NCBI RefSeq assembly: GCF_009914755.1
Contig: NC_060930.1
Direction: 5' to 3' (one strand)
Length of the DNA: 64,000 nucleotides
Source of the DNA: the human T2T-CHM13v2.0 reference genome, Homo sapiens
The notes under the pieces are model-generated. The model was not told where the DNA came from and ran no database searches. It worked only from the letters and a program-made list of their open reading frames with translations. The translations under genes were made by a program, and so were the position numbers. Within the stretch, counting starts at the first letter, position 1, and each line of letters opens with the position of its first letter. This document shows, piece after piece, positions 51,061 through 64,000 of this stretch.

Positions 51061-51557
51061 ATAAAATGTTTATAAATAAATTCTGCTGATTCAAAGTTAG
51101 CACCGGAGGCAATGCTACAGAATAACATACAATGTCCTGCAAAGTAAGTTGCTTCTCTGGACTTACTGTAAAGACTACAACTGCTTACTCTGTTCGCTTA
51201 TTGTAGTGGGAATGGTGGTTACACAGGATGGCTGCTAAGCCTCAGTTGATAACATCGTCTATCAGTAACATCAGATACTTGGGAGTATGTGAATAAGATA
51301 TGAAAGAATCCTAATATAATGGATATTCTGAATGGTTAGCATTTCTGCACCTATGCATCTAACAATTAGCTAGCAAGCCCTAAGCTCTTCAAAGCTTGTC
51401 AATGACTTTGCACGTATAAATAAAGAGACCAAGTTCTTAGTGATTTTGGCACTGAGGCCTGCTCTGGCACTTATCTACGTGGAGGGAGGTAAAGCCCACT
51501 CTGCCTTTGCTCAGTGCATTCTGAAGAGGAAGAAGTTTGTAAAGAACAGTTAGTTAC

Positions 51558-51721
51558 CAGGTGCTTTGCTGCTGTGCCATCCTCACCGTACGATTTCAGC
51601 CTCTCCAACAGCTCGGAGATGGCAGAAATTATTTTCTGCACGTGCAAAGTGCTCACATCGGCCCAGAAGTCATCCTCTAAGAGTTTTGTTAGATGTCCTG
51701 ATTGCAGTCTCTCAAAGCCTG
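51558..51721 (-). CDS. MDN1: MDN1 exon 82 (AGFERLQSG...AAKHL)
   Basis: aggcag|CA (CAGCAG tandem) ... CTG|gtaact; 164 nt. Confidence 0.91.
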
Positions 51722-51904
51722 CTGCCTCATTCATTCAGAGAAAATAACAACATGATGAATAACAGAAAACAAATCCTTTTATCTCTATACATGCAGTTAT
51801 CTGTTTCTAACATCCATCCTTAACTATTTAGCCACAGAAATAAATCATCAAATACAAAAATTAAATCAGGCATGAAACTAATTTCTGCCTGATTTCAGAC
51901 ATAC

Positions 51905-52060
51905 CATAATCTTCTTGTGGGCTTGCTTGGTCAGTGTTCTCCTCTGCTTTTTCATTCTTTCTTTCTTCTAAGTTCTGGATGGCACAGAGGATGGCTCGGA
52001 TGGCAATTTCCATTTGCTCTGAAAAATCTTCCACAAATCCTTCGTCCAACATTTGATTTC
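51905..52060 (-). CDS. MDN1: MDN1 exon 81 (NQMLDEG...PQEDY)
   Basis: tgctag|GA ... TATG|gtatgt; 156 nt. Confidence 0.93.
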
Positions 52061-52593
52061 CTAGCAGGTAACATGGTGCAAAACAAACATACAAACAAAA
52101 GACACCAATCATTTGCTTTAGTGCCTCTGGAAATCATTAAAAATACTCATTTATTGATGAGCCACTGTGTCAAGCTGTGCCAGATACAAAGAAGAGACAA
52201 ATTCCTTGCCTCGATAAACCTACAAGTTTATTACCTTGTATTAAAACATTTTTACTAAAATAATGTAAAAAATATAAAAATAACAGTTAAGACAGTATGA
52301 ATAAACACTAACTTAGTCCAAATATCAGTGCCAAGCTTTTTCAATCTAAGGGAAAACAGACAGTGAGCTGATGCTGCCTTCCTATGTGTGTTACAAAGTA
52401 TGTAACAGGCATCCAAACAAATGGGGCAAAAAAGTTAAGAGCTGTGGATTTCAACCGCACCTCCCTGCCTCAGAACCCTGGACAGGTACATGTAGACCAA
52501 AATATAATGTGTCTTTTGGACAATGAGACTTACATCTATAAGACATCATTTCTACACTGGACTTTCATTCCCTGACTGAACAATATTCCTTAC

Positions 52594-52820
52594 CTCCTTG
52601 GCTATCTGAAGTAAGCAGATGGGTCTTCCAGGTAGTAAAGTCAGCCATGGCTTTACTAATTTCTCCTCTTACATATTCCAGACTTTCAACTAGTGCCATT
52701 TGTGAGTCTCTTTGCTCAACCTCCATCCCTGGAAGAATGAACAAGGACTCTAGGCCCTGCAAATGAACTGACACCTGGGACAAGCAACTCAGCGCAGAAG
52801 AGCAAACTTCAAAATCTTTC
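52594..52820 (-). CDS. MDN1: MDN1 exon 80 (KDFEVCSS...SDSQG)
   Basis: ttgcag|G ... GGAG|gtaagg; 227 nt. Confidence 0.93.
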
Positions 52821-53461
52821 CTGCAACAGAAATGCCACAATGTTGAAAGGAATGCATTACAGTTCCCACAAACACACACCCCTCCCTGCAACCACTACAA
52901 GATATGCAAGGTAGAACTCATCATAGCTGAAGGTTTACGGCTAAACACATGCCACAAAGTGCTGTGCAGGTCCACTGAGTAACAGAGGACTGAAGCACAA
53001 TTATTTTCATAATTTGATTCTATTACTAAACACCTAGGTTTAGTAATGGAATAAATTACTAAATTTATTCCATTAATGATAAATTTATTCCATTAATTTA
53101 TTCCAATAAATGGTAAATTTATTCCATTAATGATATTCCATTATCATTAGTATTTGGTGTGATAGGCTTTTATTTTGGACCACCACAAATGGCAGGATGT
53201 GATTTGCTCTCCCTGTGGATTATTTAGGGCTTTGTCTGGCATCCTTTTGCTAACGCTGTTTCCGCTGAAGTCTCAGAACCTGCAGATGACACCCCCTATC
53301 CCCACCCCACCCCATCCCCCAAACCGACGAGTTCCCTAGGTTCCAGGGCTGTCTAAAAGCTGCTGCTTTCTGTTCACACCCTTCCCTTCCCACCCCCAAT
53401 TTAGATAAGCACAATAAGGACCTAAGCACACAGAGAAGTGTAAAGACATAGACACACTTAC

Positions 53462-53947
53462 CAAGAATGAAAGAGAGTCTCACAAGACTGCTGTCTAATT
53501 TTGTCGACGTCAGCTTTCACTGTTTTAATGGTTTTTAGCATCTCTGTTAATCTCGTAGTTGACTGTTGCCAAAGGTGATCCTGTTTCCGCATCCGGCAAC
53601 CAGAGGGCAGCTGACTTCCAGGTATTGGAGATGGGTAGCTCAGATTGGAAGGAATTAGGTCCAGCACTACTCCACAAAGTTGTCCCTTGCTAAGTTCTGG
53701 TCCTTCCAGGCAGGGGCCAGGAGGCTGCCCCAGTACCTGGACATTGCCATGGCCTGGAGCTGGCCCTACACTGGGGCAGCACTGGAGGAGCCAGGAGAGC
53801 TGCTCAAGCAGGATCTGGCACTGCATGGCCAGGTGCTGCAGGCGCTCTGTCCACTGCTGCACGCCATCCTGAGGGGGGAAGGCCACGGGGTAGGCCTGGG
53901 GCCCCATCAGCCTGCTGTGAATCTCTTGCACACAGCTGAGGAGGTTC
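53462..53947 (-). CDS. MDN1: MDN1 exon 79 (NLLSCVQE...TLFHSW)
   Basis: gtacag|G ... TG|gtaagt; 486 nt. Confidence 0.94.
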
Positions 53948-54821
53948 CTGTACAGAGAAACCCATGGGAAAAACACAATGAATGGCACCTTAAACCACTT
54001 TACCACATTGTTTTAAAAGAAATTTGTGTTTCTGAACAAGCATGGGCTTTTTCATACAGTCAAGAAGGAAGAATCCCCCAGATAGGTAAAAAGTCTGTTA
54101 AAATGCCTCCCAAAGTACTTAAACCCATCCCTCAGTCTTTCAGGAGAAGTATCACAACACAACCACACCACTACAGTGACTTCAACTAGCATTATCTAGT
54201 AAATGTGCTGTACTTTGCTAAATAAACCCTAATGAATGGAGCAGAAAATACCTGAAGCTAAAGTGAATAGTCTGGAAATACTGTCCTTCAGCCACGAATC
54301 CATTCAACAGATGACGACAACCTTCCTAACTGTCCTCATCTCTTAATTATTTGTTTCCATTGAGGAGCCTCCATGTATGGCTCAGATTGCCATCTGGGGG
54401 ATCCCCAAAGCCTAAGTAACAGAAGCAGACTCAAATCTCATCGGTGCCCAAGACCATCTCACCCTAATACCATGAACACAAGCCTAACTATTGGCCCACA
54501 TGGACTTTTGGCAATGTATATCCTCATTCCAGACACAGGTATAGTTCACCCATAACAATTTTCACTGCCTGACACAGCCCTGAAATCTCTGCAGCTCCAT
54601 ATTCTCAGGAGGTTCAGAGCACGGAGGGAGAGGAACACTAGAGGCATATCACTGAAAGCAAGGGGCAGAGCTGGGAGAAACCCTACCTGCCTCTTTGGGC
54701 CTTAAATTCATTTCACAATTGAGAGCATGTCTTATTCCTCTCCCCACATGCAGCAACTCTGAGCTGACTTGGATCTAATTCTTCCCAATTCATGCCACAA
54801 GCCCAACTCATCAGCTGATAC

Positions 54822-54937
54822 CTGAGGATGATCCACTGCTCACTGAGCGTGGTCAGGGAGCGCCGCTGTCGGACGAGCATCTTCATCAAATGTGCTGAGA
54901 ACCCTCTGCACCTCTCCACGTTGCCCATGCCCATTTC
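54822..54937 (-). CDS. MDN1: MDN1 exon 78 (EMGMGNV...QWIIL)
   Basis: tgccag|GAA ... AG|gtatca; 116 nt. Confidence 0.93.
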
Positions 54938-55459
54938 CTGGCAGAAGAAGGAAAAACATGCTGAAGGGGCTGCTGACAAACATCACCCACAGATGTGCCT
55001 CTAGAAAGCTGTTTCTACTATAAGCGTCAGACATGCCACACTCTAGAGGTGACATATTCATTTTTTTGAGCAGTGTTTCTCCAATTATGCTTGCACAGAT
55101 CATTGAGATTCCATAGACAGGAACTGGATTTAACTCCAAAATGCATTTATTAGTGGTCTTTTCTCAATTCACAAAGGGAAGAAAGATCTAAAGATGGCAT
55201 TCTCAATTTGAAGTTTTTAATTTTTCTTAAACATTAAGAAAATCTGTCCTGCTGGCAAGTGTAACTGAATTTATTTAAGGTGTTCTGATTTTGCACAAAA
55301 TTACATTGATTTATATTTTAAGTTTAAGGATGTACTGCAAAAAGCTCAGTTCCACTAACAGGCTGTTATCACTTAACAAGGTCTGAGAATACGGCCCTGG
55401 GATGAACAGAACAAGGGCTTTCCCTGAGCCCCTGCAAGACTCATGTTCTATCATTCTAC

Positions 55460-55565
55460 CTTGGCAGGAGTTGCTAGTGCTGCGTTAAGCCTGGCATGCC
55501 GTGCAAGAGAGCGATAAAAATACTTCTGGCATCCATCCCATGAAGACGAGATTTCTGTAAGCAGC
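55460..55565 (-). CDS. MDN1: MDN1 exon 77 (LLTEISS...TPAK)
   Basis: ttccag|G ... AAG|gtagaa; 106 nt. Confidence 0.93.
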
Positions 55566-56451
55566 CTGGAAAAGATATCAACATTGTTTACTTAATTAAA
55601 ACCACGCTCTCCCACCCCAGATCCTGAAAACTCAGATATTGGTATATTTGGCCATAACCAAGAGTCAGCTGTCTGAATAGGTTTATTTCTATGAGGAATC
55701 ATTCAGTGAGGCACTCATCAGTCCTTTACTTAACTCAGCACTGGAAGTATCAGGGGAAATAAATTATGCTGACAACATGGTTTCTTCAATGAAATCTTCC
55801 TATCTTGGCAGTGGAGGCTAGGGGGTCATAAACTCTGATGCCTACAGGGGCCAGGCAAATAACATAAGAGGACTAAGGACAGCCAAGCATACAATGATGC
55901 ATGGCAGTGACAGCTGACCTCAACGTGGGGAAGACACAGGGGTTGTTGAGGGCTCAAGTAAGCTGGAGAGCATGTGTCCTATCAAAAGGAGGAAACTACT
56001 ATTCAGCTACAGTGCTGCTGACTGAATGGGAATGCAAGCCCACTTCGTGAATTTTCCTGAAAAAGAATGCTTATGTAAAATTTCCCCTTTCTACAATGTT
56101 CTGTTGAATTCAAATTTAAAGCCCTGGGAGCAAATAAAACACACATGTGTACTATACCCAGTTCATGCAAAGCATCATTCACAACATCCTCTGCTGTGTT
56201 GTAAACAGAGGTAGCTCTGCCTGTCTCAATAGTGTATGGACTCGCAAATTCAATAACATATTAGAACTTATGAGGAGTGTATGTATATAGAGCAACTAAA
56301 AATATACCATTTTCTAATAGGTTTCCACATGTATGATCAAATGAAGCAAGTAGACCTCAGGAAAATCAAAAGGCAAAAAAAAAAAAAAAAAAAGGGAAGA
56401 AGAAGAAGAATGGAGAGGTGAATGCAAGGAAGAAAGAGAAAGAAAATAAAT

Positions 56452-57724
<1,273 letters not shown>

Positions 57725-57957
57725 TATAGATTCCGAGAAACCTCATACAAAGCGGGAAATATTTGGGAATCATGGATGGCTGGTCATAGGATTTTCCTGC
57801 ATGTGAGTGGAACTCTTAGACATCTGGAAACCTTGCCTGTACCTTCTGTTGTCCACCATCTCAACTGTCTATGGAATTTCCCCCAAAATCAGTCATGTCA
57901 TTTCTCTCCCTAAAAGTTGGTGACTACATTTCATTGGGTTTCAAGTGAGAACCTTAC

Positions 57958-58104
57958 CAATTTTTGCAAGGTGTTTAAAGAGGTCTGACAAAGCTCGCTG
58001 TTTTTGCATGAGAATGTGCTTGGCTTCTGACCGCTGCTTCTCCTTCTCTGCAGAGGGTTCCACCTTTAAGCTCTGCAGCTCACTCACAGAGGAAATCACT
58101 TCAC
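57958..58104 (-). CDS. MDN1: MDN1 exon 75 (EVISSVSE...HLAKI)
   Basis: ttacag|GT ... ATTG|gtaagg; 147 nt. Confidence 0.94.
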
Positions 58105-58777
58105 CTGTAAGGGAAAACAAGGCGGGGAGGGGAGACAATAAGAAAATCCCAGGGGTCTGGTAATGTGTTTGTTACCCAACACCAGGGACCTTCTGGAGAA
58201 CAAAGGCCAAGTATCATTCATCTTTATACCCTGGGTACTTAACATAGTCCCTAGCATTTGGTAAAATCTCATTAAGTGTTTTAACCAAACTGGTCAAGGT
58301 GCATGGAAATAGAAAAATAACACACAGGATTTCAAATCTCTTGACAATAACAACCCGAACAGCAGCAGTCATTCTTTTGTATTTAGGGGTTTTATAATCA
58401 ATCAAGCAAATGCACTTACTGAGCACCAACTATGTGCAGTGCATTATACTAGAAATTTATAATCACTTGAAGGAAATTTCAGATTAATATAATATGTATT
58501 GAGTTTCCACTTGTAGCTAGTACATCGTAAATTCTCTTTTCATGTGCACAACTTCAGAAGCACCTATTTGTAGCTCCATTTTACAGACTTCAAGAAAGGC
58601 TCAGTGAGGTCTAGTCACTATCTGAAGGCCATGTGGTGAACGAGTAGATGAGCCAGGACTTGAACACTGGCCTACCTTACTCCAAAGCCCAAGTTCTTTC
58701 TATATAGCACCAAGCTGCCTTCCTGAATACACGTGGGTACCAATAACACAAGGGTGCCGCCTCCCTGTTGCAGGCAG

Positions 58778-59133
58778 TGTTATAGGCTGGGTTGTGTCTT
58801 CCCCCTCAATTCATATGTTAAAGTCCCAACCCCTAGAACTTCAGAATGTGACTGTATCTGGAGACAGGGCCTTTAGAGAGGTAATGAAGGTGAAATGAGA
58901 ATGGGCTCTAATCTAATCTGACTGAAGTCCTTAAAAGAAGAGATCAGGACACAGAACACACAGATGAAGAGTGACCACGGGAGGACACAGTGAGAAGGTG
59001 GCCATCTGCAAGCCAAGGAGAGAGGCTTCAGAAGTAATCAACCTTGCTGACACCTTGATCTTGGACTTTTAGCCTCACACTGAAGCCACCCAGTCTGTGG
59101 TACTATATTAAGGCAGCACTACCAGCCAAATAT
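58778..59133 (+). mobile_element. MLT1-type MaLR solo LTR
   Basis: ttcatatgttaaagtcccaacccctagaacttcagaatgtgactgtat...aagccacccagtctgtggta. Confidence 0.82.
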
Positions 59134-59947
59134 AGGCAGTCACCAGTGAGCACAAGGACACCAAAGACATCAGACAGTGTGGGAGAGTTAGAGGATGAGG
59201 GAGGCTTTGCATCCTGCAGCGCATCCCCTCTCCAGGAGATGCAAATGGATCTGTATTCCACTCACCCCCACCCCTAGGCCTGAGTCACCTTGAGCAACGG
59301 CTGACAAGTTTTAAAAAGGAAGAGCTCCCTGAGATTAGATGCAACCTCATTAAAGGAAGGCCACCCTCACTGACAGCACACTCACTGCAGTTGGGGGGTA
59401 GATGGGGTGAAGGAGGTAGTCAGAGGCTGCCAGGGGCCCAAACATTCTATTAAATTCTGGGTTCCCTTCCCAGCTATTGCTGTGTTACACTATGAGATCT
59501 TCGCTCTCACCTTCCCTGAGCAAAGACAGCCTGAGAAATGAAACTGCTGTGCCTCTCTGAAGTGAAGAAAGCAAGAGGATGGGGATGAATCCTCCTCAAG
59601 TGAGACAACTTTTTGACAGTGGGGACAGCTTAGACACTGGGAAATCCACCTCTGTGCCCCTTTACTGGTAACACCAACCAACAGGAACTAGTATAGACAA
59701 GGCTCTCATAAAAGATGGCACAGTGCCAAGTTACATGAGAGGACGACAATGTGAAAATTATGATTGTGTGTTCTCAGTAGGCTCCTGTTTCTGAGCTCTG
59801 TGGGTTTTTAAGCCCACTTGCTTATTCAATCAACTGTTCAACACTACACAAGGTATCAAAAAAGGACACAGTTGCCACATTCTCAGCCCTCCTGCGCCAC
59901 TGGGGAAAACAGAAAGATCCACCCTTGACTTGGATGCTGGCACCCAC

Positions 59948-60110
59948 CTGTGAACTGATCAAGGCCCTCCACAAGGCGAGGCAGGGGGCTCTCCTTCATG
60001 AACGTCAGGCACATCTTCCTCATGCGTTTCCTGAGCTTTGGCAAGCGACGCAGAAGCTCCCCTTCCAAGCCGGAAGGAGCAGCGCCCTGACACCACTCTG
60101 GAATTGTGGC
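59948..60110 (-). CDS. MDN1: MDN1 exon 74 (ATIPEWCQ...LDQFT)
   Basis: tcacag|GCC ... ACAG|gtgggt; 163 nt. Confidence 0.93.
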
Positions 60111-61879
60111 CTGTGAGACAAAAGACAGGTTAGCCTCACTGCCAAGAATGACAGGCAGTGTCCCTGCAAGGGAACTAAATTTAACTGTTGCACACAAAAA
60201 CACATCCCTAGTTCAGCAAATAGAGAACAAATGTAGCATCACTAAAATTAAAAGAGACATACTGTGGATATTTAGAAAACCATATTACTGCTCCATATGA
60301 GATCATTATAACTGAAGGACCCCCATGCCCCTACATCCAGCAATGCTTGCTATGATAGCCACAAGGAGACTCCAGTTCTGAATTATGAACAGAGTAGAAT
60401 GAATAATATCACTGCTGCCCTTAAGGTGCTGAGCCACATTGTGTTTCTCAGACACAGCAGCCAGGCGAAACTGGTCCTACTCCTGTGACCAGTTACCCCT
60501 AATTAACAGTTTAAATTTCAGGAATTCAGATTTCTTTCCTTTTTTTTTTTGAGACAGGGTCTGGCTTTGTCACCCAGGCTGAAGTGCAGTGACCCGATGT
60601 TGGCTCACTGCAACCTCCGCCTCCCAGATTCAAGTGATTCTTGTGCCTCAGCCTCCCGAATAGCTGGGATTGCAGGCATGCATCACCATGCCTGGCTATT
60701 TTTTGTATTTTTAATAGAGATGGGGTTTTACCACGTTGGCCAGGCTGGTTTCGAACTCCTGGTCTCAAATGATCTGCCTGCCTTGGCCTCCCAAAGTGCT
60801 GGGATTACAGGCATGAGCCACCGCACCTCAGACACAGGAATTCAGATGTTATATGAAGGGAAGAGCTTTCGTCCATCAAGGGCATATTTTCATTTTTTTT
60901 TCCTTGAGGAATAACCTGAAACTCCTATGTTGTCATTATTAGCAAATCAAAATTGTTGATCAGAATGACAGAAGCAGTGAGCTGACAAATACAGTCAAAA
61001 GAAAATAAATTTGGTAGCCATATCATATCTCTGCAGCCATCTTATGGCTGTATGCTCAGTTTCTATTATGAGTTTTGAACCACTAAAATAACAAAAATAG
61101 CTTAAGGACTTTCATTACTAACTCTGTGAGCCCCAGGTAGGAAATACAGTAAGAAGACAAAGCTAATTACTCTTTAAAAAGTAATTTTTTTTGGAGAGAC
61201 AGGGTCTCATACGTTGCATAGGCTGGTCTCAAACTCCTGGGCTCAAGTGATCCTCCTGCCTCAGCCTCCCAAGGTGCTGGGATTACAGCCGTGAGCCACT
61301 ACGCCTGCCCAGAAATTACTCTCCTGAGGGGTGTCTTCCAATCCTGGAGCTCCCCACACCCAAGGACATGAAGCAGGAACATCCATTCTGTAACAGACCT
61401 GCTAACTCAAGATGTATCACTGTTAAATTTTCAGGAATTTTGCAAGCCAAATCTTAACTGTTGGTGCTTGAAATTGGCCATAATAGGAGTATTTACACCA
61501 CAGTAATCAGCATCTGCTATAAACCAGCACATCACGGCACATATTCACACCCTGTGCAGTAGCTTCCTCATGTGGTAGCCCACAGGCAGCTTCAACGGCA
61601 TATTCTTAAACTGATGCTTCAAATCTTTGCTCATAGCAGATGAAATGTTCACAGGTAAAAGCACAATTATTTCTCACAGGCTGACATTAAATTTTAAGCA
61701 GCAAGGCCAAGTGCGATGACTCATGCCCATAATCCCAGCTCGTTGGGAGGCCGAGGCAGGGAGGATCACTTAAGACTAAAAGTTCGGCCAGGAGCGGTGG
61801 CTCCCACCTGTAATCCGAGCACTTTGGGAGGCTGAGGTGGGCAGATCATGGGGTCAGGAGATCGAGACCATCCTGGCTA

Positions 61880-62216
<337 letters not shown>

Positions 62217-62488
62217 TCATTTGAGTCCAGGAGGTTGAGACTGCAGTGAGCCATAATCATGCCTGGGCAATAGCACGAGAATCTGTCTCAAAAAAAAGCA
62301 AAAAAAAAAACCCCAAGATTTTTTGCCTTATTCTGCAGGGAAGTCAGGCAAATACATGCTATATATGTCCAAAGAACAAGATTTCAAAGGCATTTTCTTG
62401 TCTAGTACTGAGGCATGCCTTGCACATAAAACACAGATCCCACTTGACTGGCTTGGGAATAAGCCAGCACTGTCCCACAACCAAGTAC

Positions 62489-62687
62489 CTGCCCAGCTGC
62501 TGGTTGGGCTAACAGGGTCTCCCTCAGTGCCCTGTTCAGATTCTGAATGGAAGACAGTTCACTTGCAGCTCCATCTGTTGGCCTGGGCAAAAAGTCAGGC
62601 TGTTCTTCCTTGTCACTCTCCACCAGGGATGACCGGCAGGGTTCACTCAGGACTGCTTCAAATTTCTTCATGAATTTAAAGAGTGTC
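62489..62687 (-). CDS. MDN1: MDN1 exon 73 (TLFKFMKK...PAAGQ)
   Basis: ggacag|G ... CAG|gtactt; 199 nt. Confidence 0.93.
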
Positions 62688-63187
62688 CTGTCCCCAGGTA
62701 ATGACAGAGATAAGAAGAAAAAAACTGGATTAGCAAGTGAAGACATATAAAAAATACATTATCATGCATCCATACATAATCTAATACCCTGTACCTTTTA
62801 TATACAATGCTCTCCTTAAATATTAATAGTTGTTTTATTTTTAAGAGAAAAAGTATGGCAGGTACTGTTATCCTCCTTTTCTAGAAGAGAAACTAAAGCC
62901 AGAAAGAATGGGATTGCTTTGCTCAAAGTATACAGCTAGTGGGTGGCAGAAGACTTGAGACATAGCCTGCTTTGTCTCAAGGCACACTAATCCTTACTGC
63001 AGGTAGACTTTGCTTGGAGAAGAAGGGGGTGGTGTTGAAAGCAACATCAAAACAATCAAGGTGTTATTTTTTGAGAAGTTTAACACACTTAATATTAAGT
63101 TAGGTTATGGTAACTATGTCGTTTTGCTCCCTACCACACAAAATTCTATTCTATTTTGGTTGTCTCCAGTTTTAAAAGATGGATTAC

Positions 63188-63261
63188 CTGTGTGTCTTTT
63201 CTACAGATTGCTTAATGGACCAGAAGCTGACATCATTCCACTTGGAAATCTTAACAAATTC
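63188..63261 (-). CDS. MDN1: MDN1 exon 72 (EFVKISKWNDVSFWSIKQSVEKTH)
   Basis: ttacag|GAA ... AG|gtaatc; 74 nt; not in the ORF track. Confidence 0.93.
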
Positions 63262-63423
63262 CTGTAAGATAAATGATGTTCAAGAAATGGCTTTATAAAG
63301 CTAGTGTCATTCTGTTTCTTTCTAGATTTCTGTTCAGCAAAGACCAGAGCTCACTCTATCCCAAACACAGGACTGTGTGTCAGTGAACAAGTAAAACAAG
63401 TCTAAAAAAGAAACCATGGGCTA

Positions 63424-63698
<275 letters not shown>

Positions 63699-64000
63699 TC
63701 AAAAAACAAAAACAAAAACAACAAATGTTTTGGTCTCAAAGTGATTTTAAAAAAAAAAAAAAAAAAGAGTGCTGCTACAGTCATTAAGTCACCTGACATA
63801 TACTCCAGCTTAGGAACCACCAAGTTAGTCATGTCCCTTGTACCATGGTTGGTTCCACAACCACTGAGAATATCAAAAAGAGCGGTCCCTCCTTCCCCCA
63901 TGGTAATTCAGTAGTGTGTGGACCAACACAACATGGCATAGCTCTGAGGTGGGAGACAGGCCTGGGCAAGACCAGGGGAACACAAACAGATTTCTGTGGC

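Larger units (their letters stand above)
49964..53400. repeat. 257-bp non-Alu inverted repeat (49964-50220 and 53144-53400)
   Basis: Ungapped hand alignment, ~18 mismatches in 257. Confidence 0.95.

Noticed and set aside
53040-53143. CRISPR-like repeat array
   Set aside because: Irregular AT-rich units, no constant spacers, eukaryotic intron
61015-61028. 14-mer tagccatatcatat shared with the 29279 tandem repeat
   Set aside because: Too short and AT-rich to exclude chance
63188-63330. Possible C/D snoRNA (ATGATG-like motifs)
   Set aside because: Explained by MDN1 exon 72 and its acceptor; no convincing C/D pair with terminal stem on the host strand

Overview
Human (primate) genomic DNA that I recognise from the encoded peptides as the ANKRD6-LYRM2-MDN1 locus (6q15, from recall). 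The + strand carries the last 7 coding exons of ANKRD6 (diversin; 1303-10374, ~463 aa) and a long 3' UTR. The - strand carries the complete 3-exon LYRM2 CDS (88 aa; 18091-16648, CpG-island promoter) and the last 31 coding exons of MDN1/midasin (63261-23375, ~1653 aa: linker end, D/E-rich tether, C-terminal MIDAS domain). All exon boundaries were read by hand, are GT-AG, and join in frame. Introns and UTRs are dense in Alu, L1, L2, MIR, MaLR and DNA-transposon relics. Four things stand out. (1) A non-Alu 257-bp inverted repeat, ~93% identical, brackets MDN1 exons 80-83 and could drive a circRNA or exon skipping. (2) A decayed TCERG1 retrocopy lies downstream of LYRM2 and carries an extra ~85-nt segment. 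(3) Several candidate microexons or poison exons sit in MDN1 introns. (4) A set of local templated duplications has hairpin-like junction scars. No prokaryote-type system, CRISPR array or structured RNA gene is supported. Exon numbers, repeat subfamily names and reference-protein comparisons come from recall, not from a database search.
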